A stretch of DNA of 64,000 bases from Solirubrobacteraceae bacterium (GCA_049591655.1 JBAWFG010000042.1:6849-70848), one strand, 5' to 3'. Numbered from the stretch's first letter, positions 7,523 to 16,293 are shown. Numbers and translations: made by a program. Notes: generated from the letters alone by a model not told the origin.

Positions 7523-9049
7523 ATGACGGAGTCCGAGACGCACGCGCCCCTCAGTGCCCCGCCGGCCGCCGGCTACGGGAACCAGCTGCACTACATCGAC
7601 GGGGTGTTCGGTCCCAGCGTCTCCGGGCAGACGTTCGACTCACTCAACCCCGCCACCAACGCGGTGCTCGCCACCGCCGCGGCCGGGGACGCCGCCGAGA
7701 TCGACGCCGCCGTCGGCGCGGCGCGCCGCGCGTTTGACGACGGTCCGTGGCCGCGGATGAAGGCCACCGAACGCGCCCAGGTGCTGCGACGCATCGCCGA
7801 TGGGATCCGCGCACATGCCGGCGAATTCATCGATCGCGAGGTCGCCGACATCGGCATGCCGATCGCCCAGATGAAGGGACTGGCGGCGCGCGCAGCCCAG
7901 AACTTCGACTACTACGCCGGCGTCGTGCCCGAGCTCTACGGCCGCTCGTTCCAGGTCGGCGACGAGTTCATCAACTACACGATCCGCAAGCCGGTCGGCG
8001 TCGCCGGGCTGATCATGCCGTGGAACGCCCCGCTGATGCTCTCGACGTGGCGAATCGCCCCGGCGCTGGCCGCCGGCAACACGATCGTGCTCAAGCCGGC
8101 CGAGTGGTCACCGCTGACCGCCACCCACCTCGCGGTGGTGCTGGAGGAGGCCGGTGTCCCCGCGGGCGTGTTCAACGTCGTGCACGGGTTCGGCGAGACC
8201 GCCGGCGCTGCCCTGTCACGCCATCCCGGCGTCGACCTCATCTGCTTCACCGGCGAGACCTCGACCGGACAGACGATCATCGCCGCCGGTGCCGCAACGC
8301 TCAAGCGCTCCTCGGTCGAGCTCGGCGGCAAGTCGCCGGTCGTCGTGTTCGAGGACGCCGACCCGGAGCTGTGCGTCGACGCGGCGCTGGCGCAGATCTT
8401 CACCATGAACGGGCAGCGCTGCACGGCCGGATCGCGGCTGCTGGTGCAGGAGCGGCTCTATGAGCGAATCGTCGAGGACGTGGCGGTGCGGGCGCGGCGC
8501 ATCCGGGTCGGCAACCCGGCCGACGAGCGCACCGAGCTCGGCCCGCTCATCCGCCCCGAGCATCACCAGCGGGTGCTGGACTACATCGCCTCGGCGCGAG
8601 CGCAGGGGGCGAGGATCGTCGCCGGCGGCGCGCGTCCCGCTGAGCACCCGGAGGGCAACTTCCTGCAGGCGACGGTGATCGCCGACGTCACCGAGCAGAT
8701 GCAGGTCTTCCAGGAGGAGATCTTCGGCCCGGTGCTCGTGGCGATGCCGTTCACCGACGAGGCCGAGGCGATCCGCCTGGCCAACGCGACCCGCTACGGG
8801 CTCGCCGCCTATGTGTGGACAAACGACATTCGCCGCGCGCACCGCGTCGCCCACGCCATCGACACCGGGATGTGCTGGATCAACTCCCAGAACGTCCGGG
8901 ACCTGCGCACCCCGTTCGGCGGCGTCAAGGACTCGGGCATCGGGCGGGAGGGCGGCGACTATCCGTTCGACTTCTACTGCGAGACCGAGATCGTCCACGT
9001 CGCGCTCGGGTCCCATCACATCCCGCGGCTGGGGATCGAGGACGCGTGA
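7523..9049 (+). CDS. NAD-dependent aldehyde dehydrogenase, 5-carboxymethyl-2-hydroxymuconate semialdehyde dehydrogenase (HpaE/HpcC)-like
   Basis: ALDH motifs ELGGKSP and catalytic Cys in NGQRCTAGSR. The C-terminal QNVRDLRTPFGGVKDSGIGREGG...HHIPRLG closely parallels E. coli HpaE as I remember it. The first 59 codons of the track ORF are an unsupported extension. Confidence 0.85.
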   Translation: MTESETHAPLSAPPAAGYGNQLHYIDGVFGPSVSGQTFDSLNPATNAVLATAAAGDAAEIDAAVGAARRAFDDGPWPRMKATERAQVLRRIADGIRAHAGEFIDREVADIGMPIAQMKGLAARAAQNFDYYAGVVPELYGRSFQVGDEFINYTIRKPVGVAGLIMPWNAPLMLSTWRIAPALAAGNTIVLKPAEWSPLTATHLAVVLEEAGVPAGVFNVVHGFGETAGAALSRHPGVDLICFTGETSTGQTIIAAGAATLKRSSVELGGKSPVVVFEDADPELCVDAALAQIFTMNGQRCTAGSRLLVQERLYERIVEDVAVRARRIRVGNPADERTELGPLIRPEHHQRVLDYIASARAQGARIVAGGARPAEHPEGNFLQATVIADVTEQMQVFQEEIFGPVLVAMPFTDEAEAIRLANATRYGLAAYVWTNDIRRAHRVAHAIDTGMCWINSQNVRDLRTPFGGVKDSGIGREGGDYPFDFYCETEIVHVALGSHHIPRLGIEDA

Positions 9050-10488
9050 GCGGCGCTTCGCAGCACGCCGCTGGGGTGCCGGTGGCCTCCAAGGTGATCG
9101 CCGTCCACCTCAACTACCACAGCCGCGCGGCCCAGCGCGGCCGGCTCCCATCCGAGCCGTCCTACTTCCTCAAGCCTCCCAGCTCGATCTCATCCGGGGG
9201 CGACGTCGTGCGCCCACAGGGCACCGAGCTGCTCGCCTACGAGGGCGAGATCGCGGTGATCATCGGCGCCCGCGCCCGCGACGTCACTCCGGAGCAGGCG
9301 ATGGCCCACGTCGGCTTCTATGCGCCCGCCAACGACTTCGGCGTCCACGACTTCCGCTGGGCCGACCGCGGTTCCAACCTGCTCGCCAAGGGCCAGGACG
9401 GCTACACCCCGATCGGGCCCGCGATCGCCGCCGGCGAACTCGATCCGGCGACCCTGCATCTGACGACGACGGTCAACGGTGAGCTGCGCCAGGACACGAC
9501 CGCCGCCGACCTCATCTTCTCCTTCGCCGAGCTGATCGCCGATCTCAGCCGGTTCATGACGCTCGAGCCCGGGGACGTGATCCTCACCGGGACACCCGCC
9601 GGAACCGGGGTCGTGGCGCCCGGCGATGTGGTCGAGGTCTCGCTCGACGGCGCCGGGAGCGTCGTCAGCACCGTCGCGCAGGCCACCTCCGAGCTGCGGC
9701 CCTACGGGGCGATGCCCCGCGTCACCCCGGAGTCCCGCGCGTTCGCCACCGGCGTCAACGCGCCGCGGCCGGCAGCGCTGTCGGCCGATGGCGTCGCGGC
9801 GCTGCGCCGGGTTTCGACGGCGACCCTCACCGTCCAGCTCACCCGCCGGGGCATCCAGACGACCTTCCTCACCGGCCTGCGCCCGCTGCGCCCCGACCTG
9901 CGGATGGTTGGATACGCCCACACCCTGCGTTACGTCGCGATCCGCGCGGACGTCCGCGAGTCGATGGCGGCCTCCGAGGATGCCCAGAAGCGGGCCATCG
10001 AGGCCACGTCGCCCGAGGACGTGCTGGTGATGGAGGCCCGTGGCCATGAGGGGGCCGGGACGATCGGCGACATCCTCGCCGCCCGGGTGCTCGCGCGCGG
10101 GGGCGCCGGGATCGTCACCGACGGCGGCGTGCGCGACACGCCCGGCGTCGCCGAGCTGGAGATCCCGACCTATTGCGCGGTGGCCAACGCCTCATCCCTG
10201 TGGAATGCGCACATCCCGCTCGATGTCGATGTGCCGGTCACCTGCGCGGGTGTGCTCGTCATGCCCGGCGACGTCGTCGTCGGCGACGCCGAGGGCGTTG
10301 TGATCCTCCCCGCTGCGATCGCCGAGGAGATCGCGCACGCCGCCCTGGAGGTTGAGGATCGAGAGGCGTTCGCCCTGGAACGGGTACGAGCGGGGGAGAG
10401 CATCCGCGGGATCTACCCGCTGTCCGAGCAGCGCCGCCCCGAGTACGAGGCCTGGCGGGAGAGCGGGCGGGCTCCGGGCACGTCGTGA
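9046..10488 (+). CDS. fusion protein: FAH-family hydrolase/decarboxylase domain + RraA-like (HMG/CHA aldolase family) domain
   Basis: GTG at 9046 overlaps the ALDH stop (GTGA). Residues 1-212 are FAH-type (YEGEIAVIIG, LEPGDVILTGTPAGTG). Residues from about 250 to 480 are RraA/dimethylmenaquinone-methyltransferase-like (GTIGDILAARVLARGGAGIVTDGGVRD). Confidence 0.85.
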   Translation: MSGASQHAAGVPVASKVIAVHLNYHSRAAQRGRLPSEPSYFLKPPSSISSGGDVVRPQGTELLAYEGEIAVIIGARARDVTPEQAMAHVGFYAPANDFGVHDFRWADRGSNLLAKGQDGYTPIGPAIAAGELDPATLHLTTTVNGELRQDTTAADLIFSFAELIADLSRFMTLEPGDVILTGTPAGTGVVAPGDVVEVSLDGAGSVVSTVAQATSELRPYGAMPRVTPESRAFATGVNAPRPAALSADGVAALRRVSTATLTVQLTRRGIQTTFLTGLRPLRPDLRMVGYAHTLRYVAIRADVRESMAASEDAQKRAIEATSPEDVLVMEARGHEGAGTIGDILAARVLARGGAGIVTDGGVRDTPGVAELEIPTYCAVANASSLWNAHIPLDVDVPVTCAGVLVMPGDVVVGDAEGVVILPAAIAEEIAHAALEVEDREAFALERVRAGESIRGIYPLSEQRRPEYEAWRESGRAPGTS

Positions 10489-10595
10489 CCAGCTGAAACG
10501 CCGCGCGGGTGCCCCGCGGATCATCCGACGCCGGGGTCGGGGGAAGCACGGATGGCGCCGCGGGTGAGGGAGCGGATGATGAGGGTGTGGCTGCG

Positions 10596-10907
10596 ATGAC
10601 TCGGACGCCCACAACCGGGATCCCGCGTGATCCCGAGGGGTTCCTGCTCGACCCCGAGCAGTGGACACCCGAGATGGGGGTGGAGATCGCCGCCGAGAAC
10701 GGGATCGCCGAGCTCACCGATCGCCACTGGCTCGTCATCGACTTCATGCGCCGGACCTACCTGGAGCGTGGCTCGGCACCGTCGACCCGCACGATGGGGA
10801 AGGCCTCCGGCGCCGCGATCCAGGAGCTCTACGCACTGTTCCCCCGCGGCCCGGCGAAGATGGCGGCCAAGATCGCGGGCATCCCCAAGCCCCGCGGCCC
10901 GATCTAG
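10596..10907 (+). CDS. DsrC/TusE-family protein lacking the C-terminal cysteines
   Basis: Colinear with TusE (DPEGFLLDPEQW, HWLVIDFMRRTYLE, LFPRGPAKMAAKIAGIPKP) but ends PRGPI instead of the conserved ...P-x-x-C-x motif. Confidence 0.85.
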   Translation: MTRTPTTGIPRDPEGFLLDPEQWTPEMGVEIAAENGIAELTDRHWLVIDFMRRTYLERGSAPSTRTMGKASGAAIQELYALFPRGPAKMAAKIAGIPKPRGPI

Positions 10908-10919
10908 AGGGAGGCCATC

Positions 10920-11429
10920 ATGCGCGACCCATTCCAACACGGCATGCTGATCGACGACCCGGCTCCCCAGGCGATCGAGAAGGTCTCGGTGATCATCTCC
11001 AAGGGCTCGCTGGAGGGGATCTATCCCGGGTTGATCCTCGCCAACGGTGCTCGCATGGAGGGCATCGAGGCCAACGTGTTCTTCACCTTCTTCGGTCTCG
11101 ATGCGATCAACCGCGCCAAGCACGAGCACGTCAAGGTGGCGACGGTCGGCAACCCCGGGCTCCATCTGGCCACCTGGGCGGGCGGCTTCCCCGGCGTCGC
11201 GTCGCTGGTGACCCGTCGCCTGGCGGGGGACATGGAGAAGCTGGACATCCCCCCGATCCCGGAGTTCATCGAGATGCTCTGCGACTCCGGAGCGGGGCTG
11301 TACGCCTGCCAGGCGTCCGTCGACCTGTTCGGCGTGCACCGCGATGACCTGATCCCGCAGGTCCGCGAGATCATCAGCGTCGGCGAGTTCTACGGCCTGG
11401 CCGGCGGCGGCCAGATCATCTTCACCTGA
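10920..11429 (+). CDS. DsrE/DsrF-like family protein
   Basis: 169 aa. KVSVIISKGSLEGIYPGLILANGA...VFFTFFGLD and a YACQASVDLFG Cys motif are typical of DsrE2-like proteins. Starts 12 nt after the DsrC-like gene. Confidence 0.8.
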   Translation: MRDPFQHGMLIDDPAPQAIEKVSVIISKGSLEGIYPGLILANGARMEGIEANVFFTFFGLDAINRAKHEHVKVATVGNPGLHLATWAGGFPGVASLVTRRLAGDMEKLDIPPIPEFIEMLCDSGAGLYACQASVDLFGVHRDDLIPQVREIISVGEFYGLAGGGQIIFT

Positions 11430-11506
11430 GCGCGGCTCCGGCTCCGGCCGCGGCCCTGGCCCGTCGCCGCAGTGGGCGGCGCTGAAGTGACACTCTTGGG
11501 GCGAGC

Positions 11507-12469
11507 ATGAGCGATCCGCCGCCCCGCTACCAACCGCCCGATGCCAGCCTGGCCCCGCGCTACACCGGCCCCCGCACGTTTGCCCGCCTGCCGCATGTTG
11601 CCGTGCCCGGGGATGGGATCGACGCTGCCGTGATCGGCGTCCCGTTCGACACCGCAACGAGCTTTCGTCCCGGCGCGCGGTTCGGGCCCGAGGGGATCCG
11701 CTCGGCCTCGGCACTGCTGCGCCCGTACCACCCGCCGCTCGACATCGACGTGTTCGGGACGTTGTCGGTCGTCGACGGCGGCGACCTGGAGATCACGCCG
11801 GGCAACGCCGAGCGTTCGGCCGCGCAGATCGACGCCGGCCTGCAGCCGGTGCTGCGGGCCGGGATCGTGCCGGTTGTGCTCGGCGGCGACCACTCGATCG
11901 TGCTCGGTGAGCTGCGGGCCCATGCGGCCGTCCACGGGCCCGTCGGCCTCGTGCTGCTCGATGCCCACGCTGACACGTGGGACCAGTACTACGGCGAGCG
12001 CTTCTTCCACGGCACGCCGTTTCGTCGTGCCGTTGAGGAGGGGTTGCTCGATCCTGGACGGTCGATCCTGGCCGGGATGCGCGGACCGCTCTACGCTGCG
12101 CAGGACGTCACCCAGCCTCGCGAGATGGGTTTTGAGGTCATCGTCGGCGACGAGTTGCGCACGTTGACCCCGGCTGCCTACGCCGCCCGGGTCCGCTCCC
12201 GGATCGGTGACGGCCCGGTGTACATGTCGTTCGACATCGATGTGCTCGACCCGGCGTTCGCCCCCGCCACCGGAACCCCAGAGATCGATGGGCTCTACCC
12301 GCGGGAGGCGCTGGCGCTGCTGCGGTCGCTCGCCGGGATCCGGTTCTGCGGCTTCGATCTCGTCGAGGTCTCACCGCCCTATGACTCTGCCGGTCAGGTC
12401 ACGGCCCTGCACGCGGCATCGATCGCCTACGAGATGCTCGCGCTCCTCGCGGTCGCCGCCAGGCGCTGA
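11507..12469 (+). CDS. agmatinase/ureohydrolase-family enzyme
   Basis: GVPFDTATSFRPGARFGPEGIR, GGDHSI, LDAHADT and SFDIDVLDPAFAP are arginase-family Mn-binding motifs. Confidence 0.85.
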   Translation: MSDPPPRYQPPDASLAPRYTGPRTFARLPHVAVPGDGIDAAVIGVPFDTATSFRPGARFGPEGIRSASALLRPYHPPLDIDVFGTLSVVDGGDLEITPGNAERSAAQIDAGLQPVLRAGIVPVVLGGDHSIVLGELRAHAAVHGPVGLVLLDAHADTWDQYYGERFFHGTPFRRAVEEGLLDPGRSILAGMRGPLYAAQDVTQPREMGFEVIVGDELRTLTPAAYAARVRSRIGDGPVYMSFDIDVLDPAFAPATGTPEIDGLYPREALALLRSLAGIRFCGFDLVEVSPPYDSAGQVTALHAASIAYEMLALLAVAARR

Positions 12470-12498
12470 GCGGACGCCGGCCCGCGCGTCGCGCATCG

Positions 12499-13134
12499 AT
12501 GATCGACCCTCATTTCGCCATTCTCGGGGCGCTGATCACGCTGACCGGGAGCGTCGCCTACGCGCGGGACACCGTCCGGGGCAGGACCCAGCCCAACCGG
12601 GTCACCTGGTCGCTGTGGGCGCTGGCGCCGATGATCGCGTTCGCCGCCGAACTGGCGCAGCACGTCGGACTTGATGCCCTGCTGACGTTTGCGGTCGGCT
12701 TCGGGCCGCTGATCGTCGTGATCGCCTCGTTCATGGACCCCAGGGCGTATGCCCGCCTCACCGGATTCGACATCCTGTGTGGCGTTCTGTCGCTCGCCGC
12801 GCTCGTCGGCTGGGCGGTGACCCGGTCCGGGAACGTGGCGATCCTGCTCAGCCTTCTCGCCGACTCTCTCGGGGCGATCCCCACGTTTCGCAAGGCGCTG
12901 CGTGACCCGGCATCCGAGAGCGCCAACGCCTTCATCGGGAGCGCCGTGGGCGCCGCGATTACGTTGCTGACGATCCCGGCCGCGCGCTGGGGCTTTGCCA
13001 GCTGTGCGTTCCCGGCCTACATACTCGTGGCCGACTCGACGCTCACCGGCCTCATCCTGATCCCGCGCCGCCCGCGGGCTCGCCAGCCCATCGGAGAGGT
13101 GCCCACCCAGTCTGGCGACCTCACACCTCGATGA
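12499..13134 (+). CDS. integral membrane protein, unknown function
   Basis: About 6 hydrophobic segments. No recognised motif. Confidence 0.6.
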   Translation: MIDPHFAILGALITLTGSVAYARDTVRGRTQPNRVTWSLWALAPMIAFAAELAQHVGLDALLTFAVGFGPLIVVIASFMDPRAYARLTGFDILCGVLSLAALVGWAVTRSGNVAILLSLLADSLGAIPTFRKALRDPASESANAFIGSAVGAAITLLTIPAARWGFASCAFPAYILVADSTLTGLILIPRRPRARQPIGEVPTQSGDLTPR

Positions 13135-13798
13135 AACTCTCGCCGTTTCGCACCCGTCCGATCGGGCCATCGGTGGGGGAGCCCAGCAGCGTGGCCGCTG
13201 CGAACTCGGCCGCCAGCGAGTCGAACAGCCGGTGGCGGCGCAGCATCGAGTGGGTTCCGCCTCGGACGCTGATGTAGCCCACGTCTGCCGAGTCGCCGAG
13301 CCGGCGGGCCAGTGCCTCGGAGCGTTCGGGGCTGGCGATCCGGTCCGCGTCGCCGTGGACAACCAGGATGGGCTTGCCGTCCACGCCGCTGACGGCGTCG
13401 GTTGGATAGACCCACGGGGCGAGCGCGACAACGCTGTGCACCTCGGGGTGCCCCGCGGTCAGCAGCGCCGCCCGGCCACCAAGCGAGTGACCCACCAGAC
13501 ATGCCGGGAGCCGGCGCTCGAGTCGTTCACAGGCGCGGCGCAGCGCCCACCGGGCGTCGTCGGCCGGAGTGTGTCCGGTGCCCCAGCCCCGCGTCGTGTT
13601 GAGCACCCGGAAAACCGCCAGTTCCGTCCTGGAGAGCGCGCTGATCCGCTGCGCGATCGGAATCATGCGCAGCACCGAGAGTTGGGTGGGGCTGACTCTC
13701 ATCGACCCTCGCCGGCTCGCACCGCCGTGCAGGACGAGGACGATCCCGGCCGGCCGCTCGGGGAGCGAGACCTCGATGAGCCGTGGCTGAAGTTCCAT
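13121..13798 (-). CDS. alpha/beta hydrolase
   Basis: Nucleophile elbow GHSLGG, oxyanion LVLHGG and late VVHGDADRI. The ATG at 13798 is chosen over the longer track ORF. Confidence 0.75.
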   Translation of the reverse strand: MELQPRLIEVSLPERPAGIVLVLHGGASRRGSMRVSPTQLSVLRMIPIAQRISALSRTELAVFRVLNTTRGWGTGHTPADDARWALRRACERLERRLPACLVGHSLGGRAALLTAGHPEVHSVVALAPWVYPTDAVSGVDGKPILVVHGDADRIASPERSEALARRLGDSADVGYISVRGGTHSMLRRHRLFDSLAAEFAAATLLGSPTDGPIGRVRNGESFIEV

Positions 13799-14010
13799 CA
13801 ACCGCGGTTCAAGGTCGGCACCCAGCCGATGGTCGCAGGTCCTCGTCGAGGCTGAACCGCACCCCGGCCCCTGCCACGTCGCGGCTGCCCGTGTGTCGTC
13901 TGAGTTGCCTATACGGGAACCAGATTGCACAACGCCCTCCACAAACGGCTGAGCACGAGCGGGTCCGGTGCCGTGATAGAGACCGGCGCCTCCGGGGAAT
14001 CACTTTCTCA

Positions 14011-14259
14011 ATGCCGAAGACGATCACGATCGGCTCGCTCTGGCGGGCCGCCTGGATTCCCGTCCGCCTGCTCCGCCGTCAGGTCCGCCGGGAGGAGCAC
14101 GTCCGCCTGCTCGCCGGACTGGCTGCCCTTGACTGGCCCGGACACCATCTCCCGCACCGGGTCTGCGGAAGCTGGGTGCCGGTGCGCACCGCCTCTCCGG
14201 CCCATGATCCGCTCGAGCGGCTGTGGCGGCTGCCGGCGTATCGCGGCAGCCTGGGCTGA
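14011..14259 (+). CDS. hypothetical 82-aa protein (weak call)
   Basis: By my hand count this frame has the highest third-position GC (about 88%) in an otherwise unassigned 560-bp gap. No homology recognised and only a weak RBS (GGGGAA). Confidence 0.3.
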   Translation: MPKTITIGSLWRAAWIPVRLLRRQVRREEHVRLLAGLAALDWPGHHLPHRVCGSWVPVRTASPAHDPLERLWRLPAYRGSLG

Positions 14260-14360
14260 GCCCGCCGGCCGGCGCAGTGCGCCCTGAAGTTCCCTGCACA
14301 GACAGGTCTTAGTGAGAACTTCATCGCAGGGGCACTCGGATCCGGCACGATGCAAGGCAC

Positions 14361-15401
14361 ATGGACGACGATGACGAGCCCGGCGAACGACCGCTACCCC
14401 GGCCTGCGACGGGCCCGCACGCCTGGCTGCGCCGCCTGGCGACCGGAGTCGCGGGGGTCGTCTCGATCGGTCTGCTGCTGTGGGTCGCCCCGCCCGGTCA
14501 GGTCTTTGAAGAGCTCGGCGACCTCAATGCGCTCTGGGTCGCCGGCGCCGTCGGGCTCGAGGTCGTCTCCTGCCTGTGTTACGTCGTGCTGTTTCGCCGC
14601 TTCTTCCCGGAGCCGCCGCGAGCCGACAGCCGGCGGGTCGCGTGGATGGCGATGGGCGCCGGGGCCGTGTTGCCCGGAGGCAACATCTCCTCCGCAGCGG
14701 CGACCGGCTGGTTGCTGCGGCGCTACGGGATCGGAACACGCCGGCTGGTCGGGCGCTGCGCGGCGCTGCTGTGTCTGCTGACGGGCTTCGGCTTCTTGGT
14801 CAATGGGGTCGCCGGTGTGCTGCTCCTCGCTGGGGTCCCCGGCGGGCCCCACGACCTGCCGCACGCCGGTATCCCGATCCTGGTCTCGGTCGGCGTGCTG
14901 GGCGGCGCGGCCCTGGCGCTGATCGTCGCCCGCCGGCTGGGCGACCGCGCCCCGTGGGCGCTGCGGGGGCTGGCGGCTGGCCTTGACGGCGCGTGGGGCG
15001 CCGCGGAACGCCCCCATTGGCGGCTGCTCGGCGGCGCTGGGTTCCTGCTGTTCGACATGGGTGCACTGGCCGCCGCCTGCGCCGCCACCGGGCACCCGCT
15101 CGGACTGCCGGCGCTGATCATCGCCTACTGCATTGGCTATCTCGCCACCGCGGTGCCGATGCCCGCCGGTCTCGGCGTGCTCGACTCGGGACTGGCCGCC
15201 TCGCTCGTCCTCTACGGGCTTCCGGCGACTGCCTCGGTGAGCGCCGTGCTCGTGTACCACGCCATAGCGATCTGGGTTCCGGGGATGGGTGGCCTGCTCG
15301 CCTGGCTACGGGTGCGCGGCATAGCCCGCCGGCCGTCGGTTCCGCTGCCGGCGATCACCCTCGCGCCGCGACTCCCCGAGGTCGCCGACGGCGAGGCCTG
15401 A
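14361..15401 (+). CDS. flippase-like (lysyl-phosphatidylglycerol synthase TM region / UPF0104) membrane protein
   Basis: Polytopic membrane protein with the N-terminal pattern LLLWVAPPGQVFEELGDLN...W typical of this family (from memory). Confidence 0.7.
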   Translation: MDDDDEPGERPLPRPATGPHAWLRRLATGVAGVVSIGLLLWVAPPGQVFEELGDLNALWVAGAVGLEVVSCLCYVVLFRRFFPEPPRADSRRVAWMAMGAGAVLPGGNISSAAATGWLLRRYGIGTRRLVGRCAALLCLLTGFGFLVNGVAGVLLLAGVPGGPHDLPHAGIPILVSVGVLGGAALALIVARRLGDRAPWALRGLAAGLDGAWGAAERPHWRLLGGAGFLLFDMGALAAACAATGHPLGLPALIIAYCIGYLATAVPMPAGLGVLDSGLAASLVLYGLPATASVSAVLVYHAIAIWVPGMGGLLAWLRVRGIARRPSVPLPAITLAPRLPEVADGEA

Positions 15402-15467
15402 GCGGGCACAGCTTTCTCGGTTTTTGGCGTTGCCAGGCAATCGCATGAGCTCTGACGGCTCTGCTAC

Positions 15468-15634
15468 GGTGCTCCGCTTCGTAAATAACGCCGAGTTTCC
15501 GGCCGCTTTGTTCTTCGCGGCGGAAAACGGGGGACCCACGCGCGCGGCATCGAGCCGCTCGGGGGCGAGTCGCCGCATTGCGGCGTAGCGCACTTTCTCG
15601 CGCAAGCCCGTCAGCTAACCCCGTAGGCATGAGA
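15468..15634 (+). promoter_or_regulatory. ydaO/yuaA-type cyclic-di-AMP riboswitch
   Basis: Contains the conserved blocks ACGGGGGACCCA (15527-15538), GGGGCGAGUC (15561-15570) and CCCGUCAGCUAACCCCGUAGGC (15607-15628). It is followed by RBS GAAGGAG and ATG 15649. The downstream gene class (cell-wall hydrolase) is the classical target. Confidence 0.75.
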
Positions 15635-15648
15635 AAGAAGGAGTACGC

Positions 15649-16242
15649 ATGCCCAGACCGAGCAAGCGGGCGGCCGCACGGCCGCGCGCCTCACGAAGTA
15701 CGCGGATCGGCGCTGTCGTGGCAACGGTTGCCGCCAGCGCCGGGTTGGCGGCCGCTGCCGCGCCTGCCGCCGCCCAGGACACCGCTACCCCGCTGCTCAA
15801 GCCGGGGAGCCACGGGCGGACGGTCACGGAACTGCAGAATCTTTTGCATGCCGGGCGCGGCGGCCGCTTCGGCCGTGGCACCGAGCGCGCCGTGCGCCGC
15901 TACCAGAGTCGCAAGGGATTGACCGTCGACGGGATCGTCGGGACCCAGACCTGGGACGCGCTGCTGGGGATCGCCGCACCGGCGGCGACCACGTCGACGG
16001 CCACATCGAGCACCGGCGCCGGCGGCTACACGATTCCGTCTGGCATCGTCCAGTGCGAGTCCGGCGGCAACTACTCGGCCGTCAACCCCTCGACGGGGGC
16101 GGGTGGCGCCTACCAGATCCTGCCGTCGACCTGGGCCGCGTACGGGGGTCAGGGCCTGCCCCAGGACGCATCGCCGGCTGAGCAGGGCCAGATCGCATCC
16201 AGGATCATGGCCACCCAGGGCCCGTCGGCCTGGACCTGCTGA
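15649..16242 (+). CDS. secreted peptidoglycan-binding, Rpf-like transglycosylase-domain protein
   Basis: Signal peptide ending AAPAAAQD. PG_binding_1 repeat (VRRYQSRKGLTVDGIVGTQTWDAL). C-terminal CESGGNYSAVNPSTGAGGAYQILPSTW...PSAWTC transglycosylase-like domain. Confidence 0.85.
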   Translation: MPRPSKRAAARPRASRSTRIGAVVATVAASAGLAAAAAPAAAQDTATPLLKPGSHGRTVTELQNLLHAGRGGRFGRGTERAVRRYQSRKGLTVDGIVGTQTWDALLGIAAPAATTSTATSSTGAGGYTIPSGIVQCESGGNYSAVNPSTGAGGAYQILPSTWAAYGGQGLPQDASPAEQGQIASRIMATQGPSAWTC

Positions 16243-16258
16243 ACCAGCGAGCACCCGT

Positions 16259-16293
16259 GCAGCCACCCGTCGTTTCCCACAGCGGGTGGCTGC
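16259..16293. terminator. bidirectional terminator-like hairpin between convergent genes
   Basis: GCAGCCACCCG-N13-CGGGTGGCTGC, an 11-bp perfect stem. Confidence 0.45.

Noticed and set aside
8815-9045. Upstream extensions of several ORFs into the preceding gene (8815..10488, 7346..9049, 22337..23344, 31731..33026, 42606..43475, 51739..52671, 54308..55162).
   Set aside because: The extensions overlap the well-supported 3' ends of upstream genes in another frame. Start codons at or near the upstream stop (ATGA/GTGA coupling or an RBS) give family-typical N-termini.
14078-14098. GTCAGGTCCGCCGGGAGGAGC superficially resembles the SRP (4.5S) RNA helix-8 core GUCAGGUCCGGAAGGAAGCAGC.
   Set aside because: The GGAA tetraloop and the symmetric-loop partner strand are missing. 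I could not draw the flanking long helix. The stretch also lies in the high-GC3 frame of a candidate ORF.
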